48,257 nt of DNA, taken from positions 1 through 48,257 of the forward strand of contig JALWJF010000071.1 in the NCBI GenBank assembly GCA_027081755.1. Direction: 5' to 3'. The notes beneath the pieces were generated by a model. The model was not told the DNA's origin and ran no database searches. It saw nothing but the letters and a program-made list of their open reading frames with translations. The position numbers were made by a program, and so were the translations under genes. The first letter of the stretch is position 1. Each line of letters opens with the position of its first letter. This DNA is from Desulfurococcales archaeon. GTDB lineage: Archaea; Thermoproteota; Thermoprotei_A; Sulfolobales; Ignicoccaceae. Shown here piece after piece: positions 46,810 through 48,257 of this stretch.

Positions 46810-47463
46810 ATGAGACTTAAACTAAAGTTCTATGCATTATACAAAGATCTCTTTGGTGAAGAAAAAATAATAGATGTGTCAGATAACATAAAGGTTAAGG
46901 ACCTAAGGGAAATTATTAAGAAGGAACTTCCCGAAGATTATCCGGAGCCAGTCATCTTAGTGGGCGGAAGGTATGCGGAAGACGAAGAGCCAATCTTAGA
47001 GGAGGAGGTTCATGTTGTCCCACCAGCTTCTGGTGGTAGGGGAAGGGTTCTAGTTACTGACAAAGACTACAGCATCGACGAAGCGATCTCCAAGGTTTTA
47101 GAGGAAGAAACCGGTGCCGTCGTCGTATTCGTTGGGTATGTGAAGCCCAAAGGAGGAAGAGTAAAGGAACTAGTATATGAGATACATCCAGACTTCCCTG
47201 AATTTGTGGAAAGAATTATTGAGCAAGTACTAGAAAAGTATAAAGCTCAAGATGCTTATGTAGTTCAATTTAAAGGTCCTAGAAAGATAGGCGAAAAGAC
47301 GCTAATAATTGCGGTCTCCTCAGAGACAAGGGATCAAGCATTTGAAGCTACCAGGGAGATACTTGAGAGAATAAAACACGAGGCACCGGTTTGGAAACTT
47401 GAAAAAAGAATCGACGGCGAGTACTGGCTTTCTGGGGATAAAGAGATAAGGAGGGCTAAGTAA
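46810..47463 (+). CDS. moaE: Molybdopterin synthase MoaD-MoaE fusion
   Basis: Ubiquitin-like N-domain ending PPASGG, then GAVVVFVG.V, L.YE, IK..APVWK.E. Confidence 0.92.
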   Translation: MRLKLKFYALYKDLFGEEKIIDVSDNIKVKDLREIIKKELPEDYPEPVILVGGRYAEDEEPILEEEVHVVPPASGGRGRVLVTDKDYSIDEAISKVLEEETGAVVVFVGYVKPKGGRVKELVYEIHPDFPEFVERIIEQVLEKYKAQDAYVVQFKGPRKIGEKTLIIAVSSETRDQAFEATREILERIKHEAPVWKLEKRIDGEYWLSGDKEIRRAK

Positions 47464-47947
47464 CTAGCTCGCACGAGAGTTGTGGGAAGTTTATTACCAA
47501 TATTCTCCCGTATGCGCTTATTATTATCCTATTGACCACGAGGGTTATACCTACGTAGGGTATTACTGGCTTGTGCGTAATAACCTTCTCACATTTCTGG
47601 CCTCCATAATACGCCTCTACCTTTATGTCTCCATTCTTCTCTCCATAGATTTCTAGCTTGAGCCCGCTCTTGAACTTTATATAACCTTCTGCCTCATTAC
47701 ATTTGGACACGTACTTAGCTACTCCCCAATCTCCTTTAATGGGCTTGTTTGGTGGCACTACGTAGACCTTACCAAAGATGTTCAGAACGAGTGCCGATCT
47801 GTCTTTTGGGTAAAGGCATTGTGGAGTTTTTGTTAAGCTATATGTCGCCACGGCAGTTACTATGACAGCGATTATTACTGCAGCTATGGCGATCTCTATC
47901 TCTACACTCTTCTTGGAAGGCAAGATTTCCCCATACTCTCTATTCAA
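47456..47947 (-). CDS. Hypothetical protein with N-terminal membrane anchor
   Basis: Hydrophobic IAIAAVIIAVIVTAVA segment and a Cys-containing beta-rich domain. Confidence 0.6.
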   Translation of the reverse strand: MNREYGEILPSKKSVEIEIAIAAVIIAVIVTAVATYSLTKTPQCLYPKDRSALVLNIFGKVYVVPPNKPIKGDWGVAKYVSKCNEAEGYIKFKSGLKLEIYGEKNGDIKVEAYYGGQKCEKVITHKPVIPYVGITLVVNRIIISAYGRILVINFPQLSCELVT

Positions 47948-47968
47948 AAGGAAACTTAAGAGCAGTTC

Positions 47969-48027
47969 GCTCGGTCCGTGACCCTCTATTCCTCATCCAC
48001 TCGGTACCGGCCAAGTTTCTTCACAGC
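47969..48027 (-). ncRNA. Candidate C/D-box sRNA
   Basis: GTGAAGA-AACTTGGCCGGTA-CCGA-GTGG-ATGAGGA-ATAGAGGGTCACGGA-CCGA with short terminal GC stem; canonical spacing. Confidence 0.72.
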
Positions 48028-48256
48028 TTAGAGGGGCACGACTTAAAGCGAATGCTAGATCTAAGGGCCTAACTTCAGAGCATGAAGGAGACAAACAATA
48101 GTCCCAAGGATCTGGGATAATGATATCTTGAAGTCTTCCCTTAAAATCTCTTTCCATAAGTCTAGCTATGAACTCTAACTGACCGTTCTCTACTAAGTGT
48201 AGGTTGGAATCCAGCTTTACCGGTCCTTCCCATTCCTTACTGACTAGCCATGGACC
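47993..48256 (-). CDS. 3' fragment of a hypothetical protein entering from the right edge
   Basis: Open frame GPWLVSKEWEG...WPVPSG* read manually; the stop lies in the sRNA C' box. Confidence 0.55.
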   Translation of the reverse strand, partial: GPWLVSKEWEGPVKLDSNLHLVENGQLEFIARLMERDFKGRLQDIIIPDPWDYCLSPSCSEVRPLDLAFALSRAPLSCEETWPVPSG

Positions 48257-48257
48257 A

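Overview
Chromosomal segment of a hyperthermophilic crenarchaeon (Desulfurococcales, most consistent with Ignicoccus: unlinked 5S rRNA, crenarchaeal SSB, CedA1, octaheme HAO-family cytochrome, V4R-like and WD40-like proteins, intron-containing tRNA-Met). It is mostly housekeeping genes: proteasome beta, rpl37e/Lsm, rpl3-rpl4-rpl23, ilvD, lysJ, hisD, nadM, rnhA, TIP49, moaD-moaE. The most intriguing locus is a PAPS-making cluster (7.5-12.2 kb): sat, an alkaline-phosphatase-superfamily Thr-nucleophile enzyme and cysC, bracketed by two small ribbon-helix-helix proteins that both end in EEIKERLRxLGY, with a divergent TauE/TSUP transporter and a cupin. A second sulfatase-fold enzyme coupled to an unannotated 42-aa membrane peptide lies 2.3 kb away. 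This may be an uncharacterised sulfation system. Items missed by the ORF track: a secreted protein with at least 18 tandem 23-aa DTDGDG Ca-binding repeats running off the left edge, four candidate C/D-box sRNAs (two with compensated non-canonical k-turns), a vapB antitoxin, a multiply frameshifted beta-propeller pseudogene with a duplicated promoter relic, and a kinase whose P-loop needs a non-canonical start codon. All calls come from reading the sequence and recalled family motifs; no searches were run.
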